From positions 25,279 through 89,278 of the forward strand of contig CANMWZ010000019.1 of NCBI GenBank assembly GCA_947501605.1: a DNA stretch of 64,000 bases. Direction: 5' to 3'. The DNA is from Planctomycetota bacterium (lineage in GTDB: Bacteria; Planctomycetota; UBA1135; UBA2386). The position numbers and the translations under genes are program-made. The notes below the pieces were generated by a model. The model had not been told where the DNA came from, did no database searches, and worked only from the letters and a program-made list of their open reading frames with translations. This document shows positions 43,058 through 52,582 of this stretch, one piece after another (position 1 is the stretch's first letter; each line of letters begins with the position of its first letter).

Positions 43058-44359
43058 ATGCACCTGTTCTGCACTCTCGCACTCGTGTTCCCCCTGGCCC
43101 CGGCGACGCTGGCAGCCCAGCAGAAGCCGCCGACTCCTGCCGAGCAGGACGCGCTGGCCGCAAAGTACCTGACGCTCGATGACACGACCGCCGAAGGCCA
43201 CGCCGCGCAGACTGCGATTCTCGCGCGCTTGCACGACGTACCGACGCTGACGCCAGCACAAGTCACGGCCTGGAAGACCAAGCTGCAGAAGCTGCACAAG
43301 AAGGGCCGCAAGCTCGAAACCACCGGTGACAACTGGTTCGTCGCTGGGGACGACAAGAAGCAGCTCGCGCCGCGCGGGCGCTACATCGTCGGTGGCGAGA
43401 CGAAGAAGCCCAAGGGGCTGGCGATCGCGATGCATGGTGGCGGCACCGGCAGTGGCGATGCAAGCACCGCCGCCAGTGCCTACGACGCGGCGCTCAAGAA
43501 GCTCGGGCTCCTGATGATTGCGCCCGAAGTACTGGAGAAGACTGAGTGTGGCTGGACGGACGCCGGCTCGGAAGAGTTCGTGCTCGAACTGGTCGATGGC
43601 GCACTTCGCACCTGGAAACTCGACCCCGACCAGACCGTGTTCGTCGGCCATTCGATGGGCGGCTACGGCAGCTGGACCCTTGGTGCCCATCACGCCGACC
43701 GAGTCGCCGCGGTGGCGCCCAGCGCTGGCGCACCGACCGGGATCCGCGCCTCCGCGACCGGCCCGATCACGCAGCTCGTCGAAGGCGTGATCCCGTCGCT
43801 GCGCAACGTGTTCGTCTCGATCTACCAGAGCCTCGACGATCCGAACGTGCCGCCGGATTCGAACCAGGCGGCGGTCAAGTTCCTCACCGCTGCAGGCACC
43901 AAGTGGGGCGCCTTCGAGCATGAGTATTGGGAAGTCGACGGCCGCGGCCACGCCGAACCGCCGGGCGGCTTCGGTGTGCACGTCGCGAAGATCACAGCCC
44001 GCAGGCGGCAACCGGTTCCAGAACGCATCGTGTGGCAGCCCGTGCTGAGCTGGAAGCGACAGTTCTATTGGCTCGCGTGGGACTCGCCGGTGAAGCACGC
44101 GATCGTGGTGGCCGACCTCGATCGCTCGGCGAACGCCGTGACGATCACCTGTGACCGACGAACGGCAGGGTTGCGCGTGCTGCTCGACGAACGCGTACTC
44201 GACGTGCAGCGCGAGGTCGTCGTAACGGTCAACGGCGTCGAGACCTTTCGCGGCAAGGTCGCACCGTCGCTGACGACGCTGCTGCAGACCTCAGGGCACC
44301 CAGATGAGGATCTGGTGTTCGTTGCGGCAGTGCCGGCGGCCGAACCGGAGGCGCGTTAG
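43058..44359 (+). CDS. Secreted alpha/beta-hydrolase (esterase/PHB-depolymerase-like)
   Basis: GGAGG RBS, signal peptide, MHGGG, GHSMGG, D, GRGH. Confidence 0.8.
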   Translation: MHLFCTLALVFPLAPATLAAQQKPPTPAEQDALAAKYLTLDDTTAEGHAAQTAILARLHDVPTLTPAQVTAWKTKLQKLHKKGRKLETTGDNWFVAGDDKKQLAPRGRYIVGGETKKPKGLAIAMHGGGTGSGDASTAASAYDAALKKLGLLMIAPEVLEKTECGWTDAGSEEFVLELVDGALRTWKLDPDQTVFVGHSMGGYGSWTLGAHHADRVAAVAPSAGAPTGIRASATGPITQLVEGVIPSLRNVFVSIYQSLDDPNVPPDSNQAAVKFLTAAGTKWGAFEHEYWEVDGRGHAEPPGGFGVHVAKITARRRQPVPERIVWQPVLSWKRQFYWLAWDSPVKHAIVVADLDRSANAVTITCDRRTAGLRVLLDERVLDVQREVVVTVNGVETFRGKVAPSLTTLLQTSGHPDEDLVFVAAVPAAEPEAR

Positions 44360-44453
44360 CAGTCGGTAGTGGCAGGCACTTCCAGCGCCTTCTACCGTGC
44401 ACGCGATCCACTCCTGACCGACCGTGCGCCGCGCTGTCACGCACGAAGCCTGC

Positions 44454-44915
44454 ATGCGAAGCAAACGTCTCCTGCCGCACGACGGCGTCTTCACTCGCAT
44501 CGGCCCGTCGCGCCTGCACGGGGTCGGCGTGATCGCGATCCGTGACATTCCCGCTCGCGCGCTGGTGTTCGCTGGCGAGGACGAAGGCGCCGTATGGCTC
44601 GATCGCAGTTACGTGCGCACGCTCCCGAAAGCGCTCCGTGCGCTCTATGAGGACTTCGGCATGGTCAGCAGTGAGAGCATCGGCGTACCGAAGAACTTGA
44701 ACCGCCTGTCGGTCGGCTGGTATGTCAATCACGCGGACGAGCCCAACCTGATCGCCGGCGACGACGGCCGCTTTCGCACTCTGCGGCGCATCACGGCCGG
44801 CGAGGAGTTGACCGCGGACTACCGCACGTTCGTCGACGAGCCGCTGCCGTTTCGGCCACAAGTCCTCGGCGCTGGCAAGAACAAGCCCGGCTCACGCAAA
44901 CGACCGCGGCGCTGA
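44454..44915 (+). CDS. SET domain protein (lysine methyltransferase-like)
   Basis: HGVGVIAIRDIP, YVNHADEPN, I.AGEELT.DY. Confidence 0.88.
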   Translation: MRSKRLLPHDGVFTRIGPSRLHGVGVIAIRDIPARALVFAGEDEGAVWLDRSYVRTLPKALRALYEDFGMVSSESIGVPKNLNRLSVGWYVNHADEPNLIAGDDGRFRTLRRITAGEELTADYRTFVDEPLPFRPQVLGAGKNKPGSRKRPRR

Positions 44916-44958
44916 TCCTCTGCTTTGTGCACGAGCGCACCAGCACCAGCAAAGCCGT

Positions 44959-45024
44959 GCCCCACACCCGGCTCAGCCAAGCCCCAGAACTGGCTCAGCC
45001 AAGCCCCAAACCCGGCTCAGCCAA
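44959..45024. repeat. Three tandem 22-bp imperfect direct repeats overlapping engB stop codon
   Basis: gccccacacccggctcagccaa / gccccagaactggctcagccaa / gccccaaacccggctcagccaa. Confidence 0.9.
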
Positions 45025-45598
45025 GCCACTGATGAATGCGTTCGCGCAGCACCCCGAGTCCAAGACCGTTGTCGGCACTGACCCAGAGCACGGCTTCTGG
45101 CGGCAACTCACAACCTGCCGCCACTTCGCGCTGCCGTCGATCGCGCAGCGAAGGCTTCACCTTGTCGTGCTTCGTCGCGACCACAGTGTGCGGCAGTTCG
45201 TGCTCGCGCAGCCACTGGAGCATCTTCTGGTCACTCGCCGTCGGCCCGATCTCGCCATCGACCAGCAGTAGCACCATGACCAGAGGTTCGCGTTCCAGCA
45301 GGTAGCTCGACAGCATCGGCAACCACCCTGCGCGCAAGGCCTGCGGGCCTTTGGCGTAGCCGTAGCCAGGACAGTCCACCAGCGTCGTGCCGGTTCGACC
45401 GATCGCAAAACAACCGAGAGCTTTGGTCCGCCCTGGGGCCTTCGACACCGGGGCCAGCGCCTTGTTGCACAGCGCGTTGAGCAACGAGGACTTGCCGACG
45501 TTGGAACGACCGATGAACACGATCTCCCCGCGCGAAGCCGGCAACTTGTCGACGTCCATGGCAGCGTCGAGGAACTCGAGTTGCAGCGGCTTGCTCAT
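45017..45598 (-). CDS. engB: Ribosome biogenesis GTPase EngB/YihA/YsxC
   Basis: GRSNVGKSS, PGRT, DCPGYGYAK, TKHDK. Confidence 0.95.
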   Translation of the reverse strand: MSKPLQLEFLDAAMDVDKLPASRGEIVFIGRSNVGKSSLLNALCNKALAPVSKAPGRTKALGCFAIGRTGTTLVDCPGYGYAKGPQALRAGWLPMLSSYLLEREPLVMVLLLVDGEIGPTASDQKMLQWLREHELPHTVVATKHDKVKPSLRDRRQREVAAGCELPPEAVLWVSADNGLGLGVLRERIHQWLG

Positions 45599-45824
45599 GG
45601 ACAGCACTCTCGTAGATGCGAGCGCTGCGCGGAAGGGTTCTCCGCCCACGATTGCCAAAGCAACCGCGCGCAGGACCCTCTGGCGCCACGCCGACGCCAG
45701 AGAACTCGGGCATCACGACGAAGTAGCGTGCGTCCGACGTAGGATCTCGCGACGCAAGGCGACGGCGCTCGGCCTCTACGCCTGATCGCGTGATTCGTCC
45801 CAGCGCACGCAACACGACCCGGCG

Positions 45825-47099
45825 ATGATCGGCACTTTCGACTTCGACGTCGCGCGCGACTTCGGCACAGCGCTGCTGCTCGGCGCCTTGATTGGCATCG
45901 AGCGCGAGAAGCGCAACGCGCGCGAGGGCTTCGGCATCGCCGGCCTGCGCAGCTTTGTGATGTTGGCGCAGGTCGGTGCGGTGGCCGGCTACCTGGCCAC
46001 TTCACTCGCTCAACCCTGGTTGCTGCCGACGGCGATCCTGGCGGCGGGCGGCATCATCGTCGCCGGCTACACCGCCGCCGCGCGCACCCATCCCGACCGC
46101 CTGGGACTGACGACCGAGCTCGCCGCGCTCCTCACCATGTTGCTCGGGGCGCTCGCCACCACTGGCCACCGCGAGGTCGCCATCGGCCTCGGCGTCGGCA
46201 CTGCCGCATTGCTCGCGTACAAACAACCGCTGCATGCGCTCGTTGGCCGCTTGGGCTGGGAAGACCTACTCATCGGCGTGCGGTTCTTGTCGGCGGCATT
46301 TCTCGTACTGCCGCTGCTGCCCGAGGAGGCGATCGACCCGTGGGGCGCGATCCGCCCGTACACGCTGTGGCTGTTGGTGCTGTGGATCTCCGGGCTGTCG
46401 CTCGTCGGCTACATCGCGACGCGATGGCTCGGGCAAGGCCGCGGCATCGCCATCACTGCCGCCACCGGCGGACTCGTGAGTTCGACCGCAGTGACGCTGA
46501 CGTTCGCCAAGCAATCGCGCGAGGGCAGTGCACATCCACAGACGCTGGCCGGCGGCGTGCTGCTCGCGTGGGCCGTGATGTTCGGTCGCGTCTTGATCGC
46601 TGCCGCGGTCGTGAGTCCGAGTCTGTTGCAACCGCTGCTCTGGCCGTTTGTCTCCACGATGCTGGCGTGCGCGGCGTGCGCGCTGTGGTGCCTGCTGCAA
46701 GGGCGCAACGCGCAACCGGCGCCGGCCAGCGCGGTGCCGTTGAAGAACCCATTCTCCTTGTTGGCAGCGAGCAAGTTCGCGCTGCTCTTCGCTGCCGTGC
46801 AACTGTTGCTCGTCGCTGGCCGCGACTATCTACCGCATGGCGGCGTCTACGCCATCGCCGCGCTCGCTGGCCTCACCGACGTCGATGCCATCACGCTGTC
46901 GATGGCCGAACGGGCGAATGCGAACGCGAGTGAGATCCCGGTCGCGGTGTTGGCGATTGCCATCGCGGCACTCAGCAACACGATGGTGAAGGCCGCCATC
47001 GCCGCCTTCTCCGGCCGCGGTCTGGCGCGCCCGATCGTGCTCGGCACCGCGGTCGCCGTTGTCGTCGGCGCGGTGGCGACGTGGCTGTCTGCGCGCTGA
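45825..47099 (+). CDS. MgtC/SapB + DUF4010 membrane protein
   Basis: LGALIGIERE, AGLRSF, GLTTE, GGLVSSTAVT, GLTDVDAI. Confidence 0.9.
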   Translation: MIGTFDFDVARDFGTALLLGALIGIEREKRNAREGFGIAGLRSFVMLAQVGAVAGYLATSLAQPWLLPTAILAAGGIIVAGYTAAARTHPDRLGLTTELAALLTMLLGALATTGHREVAIGLGVGTAALLAYKQPLHALVGRLGWEDLLIGVRFLSAAFLVLPLLPEEAIDPWGAIRPYTLWLLVLWISGLSLVGYIATRWLGQGRGIAITAATGGLVSSTAVTLTFAKQSREGSAHPQTLAGGVLLAWAVMFGRVLIAAAVVSPSLLQPLLWPFVSTMLACAACALWCLLQGRNAQPAPASAVPLKNPFSLLAASKFALLFAAVQLLLVAGRDYLPHGGVYAIAALAGLTDVDAITLSMAERANANASEIPVAVLAIAIAALSNTMVKAAIAAFSGRGLARPIVLGTAVAVVVGAVATWLSAR

Positions 47100-47243
47100 G
47101 TCGGTGGCGCCGATGCCGCGGCGCACCCTGGTGACCCGTTTCAGACCGGACGGTTCTGCCTGTGCATGCACGGCCATCTCGGCCACGGCAGTGTCGTCGC
47201 CCAACCCGCGTTGCCGACCGCGACGACCGGGAGGCTGGCGGAT

Positions 47244-47375
47244 CGTGACTTCGTCGCCAAGTTGGAGGAGACCTGGAGTCCGCCCTGCAATCGCCTGTTC
47301 GTCGGTCGGGCCAGCCGACGTTGCCAGCACCGCGATGCTGCGGCAGAGATCCAAGACGCGTGCCTTCGGCGCGCG
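47244..47375 (-). pseudogene. N-terminal fragment of SRPBCC-family protein
   Basis: APKARVLDLCRSI....AGPTDEQAIAGRTPGLLQLGDEVT then similarity is lost; family from recollection. Confidence 0.45.
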
Positions 47376-47413
47376 GCGCGCGGCAGATCCCTCGGGCGCG
47401 GCGGGTTCCTTGG

Positions 47414-50227
47414 TCAGCGGTCCTGCGGCATCGCGCCTTCCGCGATCGTGAGCAGAAGGTCGCTCCGACCAGCGACCACGTCATGCACCGTCACCTGCGC
47501 ACCGCCAACCACCCGTGCCGGCAGACTCGCACCGATCCGACCGCGGAAGCTCGAGGGCACCTCGAGCCGAAACGTCCCATCGGACAAGCAGAGCTGCGCT
47601 GCCGCACTGCTCCGCACGCCGTCATGGAACGCATAGACGTTCGCACGCATGGGCTTGCCAAGGTGATCTACGACTTTGCCGCTCACGGACGACGGCACTT
47701 CGAGCGCGATGCGCAAATCCGTTCGCCCGGCCTCGACGTGGAATAGCGGCGCCATCACTTGTCCCGCCGGCTGCTTCGTCATCGCGATCGTGTACGTGCC
47801 AGCCTTCAGCTGCGCGAAGCGGAAGCTCCCGTCCGCTCCGATCGCCACCGAACGGCCAGCCTGCGCGTTCTCGCCCTCAGCATGAGCCGCGAGGTAGAGC
47901 ATGTCGCCAAACGGCTTGCCGTCGACAGCGATCAACACGCCGGCGAGCGCCAGGCCCGTCTCGACGACGAGCGGGATGCCTTCGCGCAACTCGCCGTCCG
48001 CCAGAGTGACGGCGACTTCAGCCCCGGGCTCGCGTCGTTCCGAGGAAGCGCGAACCGTGTACGAACCACCGGCGAGGCCGGCGAAACGGAACCGGCCGTT
48101 GCCGTCCGTCTTCGTGTCGCGGCTGCAGAACTGTGAAACCTCGTCGATCTCCGCGGCGGCAGCAAGCCATGCCCGATAGTCCTGGTTCTGACCGTGGACC
48201 GACACCTCGATGCCGGCGATCGGCTCGCCGTGCTCGTCGGCGACGGTGCCTTCGATCAGGGCCGCTTGGTGCAGCACGACGTCGCCGACGTCGAGCTGTT
48301 CGCCTTCGGCGAGCACATGAGCCAGCGGGTAGGTACGAGTGCCGTAGCCCGGGGCGCGCAGCAGAATCCAGTAATGTCCATGGCAGCGCAGGCCCGAGGC
48401 AAGGAAGCGACCACTGGCGTCGAGCCGCGCGGCGACCCAGTCCGCGTCCTGCATGCCCGGCACTTCCATGAAGTTGGCGCATAGGGCGACATAGGCAGCG
48501 GCCATCGCGGTGCCGCTTGCATCGACGATGCGGCCACGGACCGCACCGCCGCGGTGCAGACGGAACTCGACCTCGGACTCCAACTGCAATCCCACGTTGC
48601 GCTGCGCCGAGGCGTAGCCGTCGGCCATCACCTGACACATCAAGTAGTTGTCGGCGATCAGACCTGCGAGTTCGAAGCGGCCGTCGACATCGCTGCGCAC
48701 CGAACGCTTCATGGTCCACGAATCGGCGATGCGCGCACCTTGGATGGGCGCACCAGTCGCCGCGTCGAGCACGCGCCCGCGCAGCACCTTGCCCGCCTCC
48801 AGCTCGATGTCGAGATGCTGCTGGCCGCCTTCGGCGATCTCGAAGCGCGTCCATTTCTCGGCGAAGCGTGCGCTCGAGGTCTGGACGTAGACCAGAGCCG
48901 GCGACAGCCCAGCAAAGCGGAACGCGCCGGACGCATCGGTCTGCCCCGCGGCGAGTTCAACGCTCTCGCCGCGGACCTCGATGCACACCGTGGCATCGAT
49001 CACCGGCTTGCCGCTGCTGCGGACGACGCCGGTCAGGGTCGCGCCGCGCGTCAACTCGATCGTGACCTCCGAGCCGCCAGTGCACTGCAGCGCGGTCTTC
49101 GGCGCAAAGCCCGCAGCCTCCACAACCAGCCGATGCGGGCTGGCGCGCGCGACGTCGAAGCGGAAGCGACCGTCGCGATCGCTGAGGGCATGAGCGAGTG
49201 TGCTCGTGCGCTCGCCGTAGACGAGGTCGAGGTTCCAGAACGAGTCGGCATCGCGGTACCGCAATTCGACTTTGGCCGCGACCACCGGTTGCTGCGTTGC
49301 CGCGTCGAGGACGCGGCCCCAAAGCGAAGTGGGCCCCGGCTCGGTCGGCGTATCCGCGATCTTTGGCGGCGCCGGCACGCGGGCATCGGCGACCAACTCC
49401 TCGGTCCCCTGCGCCCGTTCCGCGGCCTCGGCCGCCACCGGTGCCGAAGGCGGGTCGCCGTATGCCTCCGTCAACGGTACCAGCGGCAGCAGTCCACCGA
49501 ACCACCACAGCGACCCGAGCAGTCCGGCCACCATCAACAACGCCACGAGTTTCTTGGTCACGAGCGCCCCTCCAATCATCACCACCGAACCCACACCGGT
49601 TCCGACCGCCGCCGCCTTGGCGACGCCGGCTGCCAGCACCTGACTCTTCACCGCCGCCAGTCCGCGCGGCGCCAGCGACGCCGCGAGCAGCAGCGCCAGA
49701 CTTGCCGGCAGCACGCGACGCAGCGACGCGAGTCCGCGATGCAGACGCATGCGCACGGTGCCGGGCGGCAGTTCGAGAACCTCGGCGATCGCCACCGCCG
49801 TCATGCCGTGTTGCAGTTGCAGCCGCAGCACCTGACGCTGATCGCTGGGCAGGGCGTCGATGTGCGTGCGCAAACATGCGATCAGTTCGTCGCGCTCGGC
49901 GCGGTCGAGCGGCCCGATCTCGTCGGTCGCGCACTCGGGCAGCGGCTCCGCGCGCCGGCGCATGTTCTTGCGCGACTGGTTGCGCACGACGTTTTGTAGG
50001 AGACCTGCGAGCCACGGCTCGAGTCGCTGCGCGCCGTCAAAGCTCGCGGCCCGATCCATCGCCAGCAAGAAGGTCTGCTGCAGCGCGTCCTCGGCATCTG
50101 CCGCGTGCCCGCACAGGTGCAGCGCAACCGGCAGTAGGCGCGGCGCCAGCGCGTCGAACACCACGCCGAGAGCCTGCAAGTCGCCATGTCGGCGCCAGCG
50201 GTCAAAGGCTGCGGTGTGTTGGTCCAT
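47414..50227 (-). CDS. ECF sigma-70 factor fused via TM helix to extracytoplasmic carboxypeptidase-regulatory-like repeats
   Basis: AAGAAGG RBS; region 2 DAEDALQQTF, WL; region 4 IAEVL.LP.GTVR.RL.RG; TM; about six GxVxDxxG / T..DG.F repeats. Confidence 0.88.
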   Translation of the reverse strand: MDQHTAAFDRWRRHGDLQALGVVFDALAPRLLPVALHLCGHAADAEDALQQTFLLAMDRAASFDGAQRLEPWLAGLLQNVVRNQSRKNMRRRAEPLPECATDEIGPLDRAERDELIACLRTHIDALPSDQRQVLRLQLQHGMTAVAIAEVLELPPGTVRMRLHRGLASLRRVLPASLALLLAASLAPRGLAAVKSQVLAAGVAKAAAVGTGVGSVVMIGGALVTKKLVALLMVAGLLGSLWWFGGLLPLVPLTEAYGDPPSAPVAAEAAERAQGTEELVADARVPAPPKIADTPTEPGPTSLWGRVLDAATQQPVVAAKVELRYRDADSFWNLDLVYGERTSTLAHALSDRDGRFRFDVARASPHRLVVEAAGFAPKTALQCTGGSEVTIELTRGATLTGVVRSSGKPVIDATVCIEVRGESVELAAGQTDASGAFRFAGLSPALVYVQTSSARFAEKWTRFEIAEGGQQHLDIELEAGKVLRGRVLDAATGAPIQGARIADSWTMKRSVRSDVDGRFELAGLIADNYLMCQVMADGYASAQRNVGLQLESEVEFRLHRGGAVRGRIVDASGTAMAAAYVALCANFMEVPGMQDADWVAARLDASGRFLASGLRCHGHYWILLRAPGYGTRTYPLAHVLAEGEQLDVGDVVLHQAALIEGTVADEHGEPIAGIEVSVHGQNQDYRAWLAAAAEIDEVSQFCSRDTKTDGNGRFRFAGLAGGSYTVRASSERREPGAEVAVTLADGELREGIPLVVETGLALAGVLIAVDGKPFGDMLYLAAHAEGENAQAGRSVAIGADGSFRFAQLKAGTYTIAMTKQPAGQVMAPLFHVEAGRTDLRIALEVPSSVSGKVVDHLGKPMRANVYAFHDGVRSSAAAQLCLSDGTFRLEVPSSFRGRIGASLPARVVGGAQVTVHDVVAGRSDLLLTIAEGAMPQDR

Positions 50228-50427
50228 GCGAGCCTTCTTGTCGCGACCGTGGCGCAGTGTCACGGAAAACTCGAAGACAAGGAAAGACCACGGCCCGCTC
50301 GCACCCCACCCCACAGGCAGTGCGCACGGCTGCTGCCCCCCCAGATCCCTGATTGCGTTCCACCATCTCGGGCAACTTGGTAGGTGGGTGCTCACGCCCG
50401 CCGAGATCCGCTACCATCCTCGCCCCC

Positions 50428-52407
50428 ATGGCCTCTGCCTGCAGCACCAAGCCCACGAGCACGTTCCTCCCCACCTCGATGGCGGAGTGCAAGGCCCGCG
50501 GCTGGGACGAAGTGGACGTCGTCTTCGTCAGCGGTGACGCCTACATCGATCACCCATCGTTTGCGGCCGCACTCTTGGGCCGCGTGCTCGAGCACGAAGG
50601 CTTCCGCGTTGCGATCCTGGCGCAACCACGCTGGAACGACGTCACGGACTTCCGCGAGTTCGGTCGCCCGCGCCTCTGCTTCGCAGTCAGCGCCGGCAAC
50701 ATGGACTCGATGATCAACCACTACACGGCGAACAAGAAGCGTCGCAATGACGACGCCTACTCGCCCGGCGGCAAGATCGAGCTGCGCCCCGACCGCGCTA
50801 CCAATGTCTATGCGCAGCGCTGCCGCGAAGCGTTCAAGGACGTGCCCGTGATCGCCGGCGGCGTCGAGGCGTCGCTGCGGCGCATCGCGCACTTCGATTA
50901 CTGGTCGGAGACGGTCAAGCCGTCAATCCTCATCACCACCAAGGCCGACCTCGTCGGCTTCGGCATGGGCGAGCGCGTGATCTTGGAGGTTTGCAATCGA
51001 CTCAAGGCAGGTAAGTCGATCAAGGACTGCCGCGACCTGCGCGGCGTTGCCTACTTGCTCGGCAGCAAAGAGACGCTACCGGCGCACGAGTGGAACGACG
51101 CCCACTGTGACAACCGGACCGTCGAACTACCGAGCTTCGAGCAAGTCACGACGGACAAGGTCGCATTCGCCAACGCGACGCGGCTGCTGCATCACGAGAC
51201 CAATCCGCAGAATGGGCGCCGACTCACGCAGATGCACGGCGATCGTCTGCTGGTCGTCAATCCGCCAGCACTCGCGCTCGACGAGAAGGCCATGGATCGC
51301 GTCTACGACCTGCCATACACGCGCAAGGCCCACCCGCGCTACCAGGAGCCCATCCCAGCGCACACGATGATCAAAGACTCGATCACGACGATGCGCGGGT
51401 GCTTTGGCGGCTGCACGTTCTGCTCGATCACGATGCACCAGGGCCGAGCGATCCAGAGCCGCAGCCAGAAGTCGATCCTGAAGGAAGTGAAGGTGATGAC
51501 TTCCGACCCCGAGTTCAAGGGACACATCAGCGACGTCGGCGGCCCGACCGCGAACATGTACCAGATGCGATGCACGAAGCCCGAGATCGAGGCGAGATGC
51601 CGCCGATTGTCGTGCGTGCATCCGACCGTCTGCAAGCTGCTGGGCGTCGACCACGATCCGACCAAGCAACTGCTGAAGAGGGTCCGCGAGACGCCCGGCG
51701 TCAAGACTGTGCGCGTCGCCAGCGGCATTCGCATGGATCTCGCTCGCTTCGACGACGACTACCTCGAAGACATGGCACGCCATCACGTCGGCGGCCAACT
51801 GAAGGTTGCGCCCGAGCACACCAGTGAGGTGGTTCTCAACCTGATGAAGAAGCCGGCGACCTCAACCTTCGACGACTTCGCCAAGAAGTTCGCGGCCGCC
51901 AGCGATCGCGCCGGCAAGGAGCAGTACCTCATCCCCTACTTCATCGCCTCGCATCCCGGCTCGGGTGTGAAGGAGATGATCGAGCTCGCGGTGTTCTTGA
52001 AGCAGCGAGGCTACAAGCCGCGCCAGGTGCAGGACTTCATTCCGGCGCCGATGGACATCGCGACGTGCATGTACTGGACTGGCCTCGACCCGATGACGAT
52101 GCAGCCCGTCGAGACGGTCAAGAAGCTGAAGGACCGCGAGACGCAGCGAGCGCTGATGCAGTACTTCAAGCCCGAGAATTGGTTCGAAGTGCGCCGCGCT
52201 TTGCTCGAAGCCGGCCGCAAGGACCTGATCGGCGACAAGCCCGAGTGCCTGATCTCGGCCAATCCACCAAAGGCCGCCCTGCAGGAGAGACGCGACGCGG
52301 CCAACGGCAGGAGAGGCGACCCGACCTACGTGCACGCCAAGGACGCGGGCACGAAAAGCAAGGGTGGCATGCCCTGTGGGCCAGCGGACGACGACGACGA
52401 CGACTGA
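50428..52407 (+). CDS. ygiQ: YgiQ family radical SAM protein
   Basis: VSGDAYIDHPSF, AGNMDSM, GGVEASLRR, GCFGGCTFC, GGPTANMY, LKVAPEH, QVQDF.P. Confidence 0.95.
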   Translation: MASACSTKPTSTFLPTSMAECKARGWDEVDVVFVSGDAYIDHPSFAAALLGRVLEHEGFRVAILAQPRWNDVTDFREFGRPRLCFAVSAGNMDSMINHYTANKKRRNDDAYSPGGKIELRPDRATNVYAQRCREAFKDVPVIAGGVEASLRRIAHFDYWSETVKPSILITTKADLVGFGMGERVILEVCNRLKAGKSIKDCRDLRGVAYLLGSKETLPAHEWNDAHCDNRTVELPSFEQVTTDKVAFANATRLLHHETNPQNGRRLTQMHGDRLLVVNPPALALDEKAMDRVYDLPYTRKAHPRYQEPIPAHTMIKDSITTMRGCFGGCTFCSITMHQGRAIQSRSQKSILKEVKVMTSDPEFKGHISDVGGPTANMYQMRCTKPEIEARCRRLSCVHPTVCKLLGVDHDPTKQLLKRVRETPGVKTVRVASGIRMDLARFDDDYLEDMARHHVGGQLKVAPEHTSEVVLNLMKKPATSTFDDFAKKFAAASDRAGKEQYLIPYFIASHPGSGVKEMIELAVFLKQRGYKPRQVQDFIPAPMDIATCMYWTGLDPMTMQPVETVKKLKDRETQRALMQYFKPENWFEVRRALLEAGRKDLIGDKPECLISANPPKAALQERRDAANGRRGDPTYVHAKDAGTKSKGGMPCGPADDDDDD

Positions 52408-52582
52408 GTGCGCGACAAGTTCGCCCATTGGTACGCGCCTTGCCCAAGCCCAGTGCGATGCGCGGTAGGATGCCGCCCTTGTGGCTCCTCCTCGCCGCGC
52501 GTCGGTGCCACCGTCGGCGAACCGTCGAAAGTGACGTTCGTCCGCCGACTGGAGGCCGCCTCTTCCGCCATCCCGGTCAACC

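Noticed and set aside
44959..45024. CRISPR array
   Set aside because: Contiguous 22-bp units without spacers, no cas genes
52387..52404. (GAC)6 microsatellite as phase-variation tract
   Set aside because: In-frame poly-Asp tail just before the ygiQ stop; length change would not shift frame
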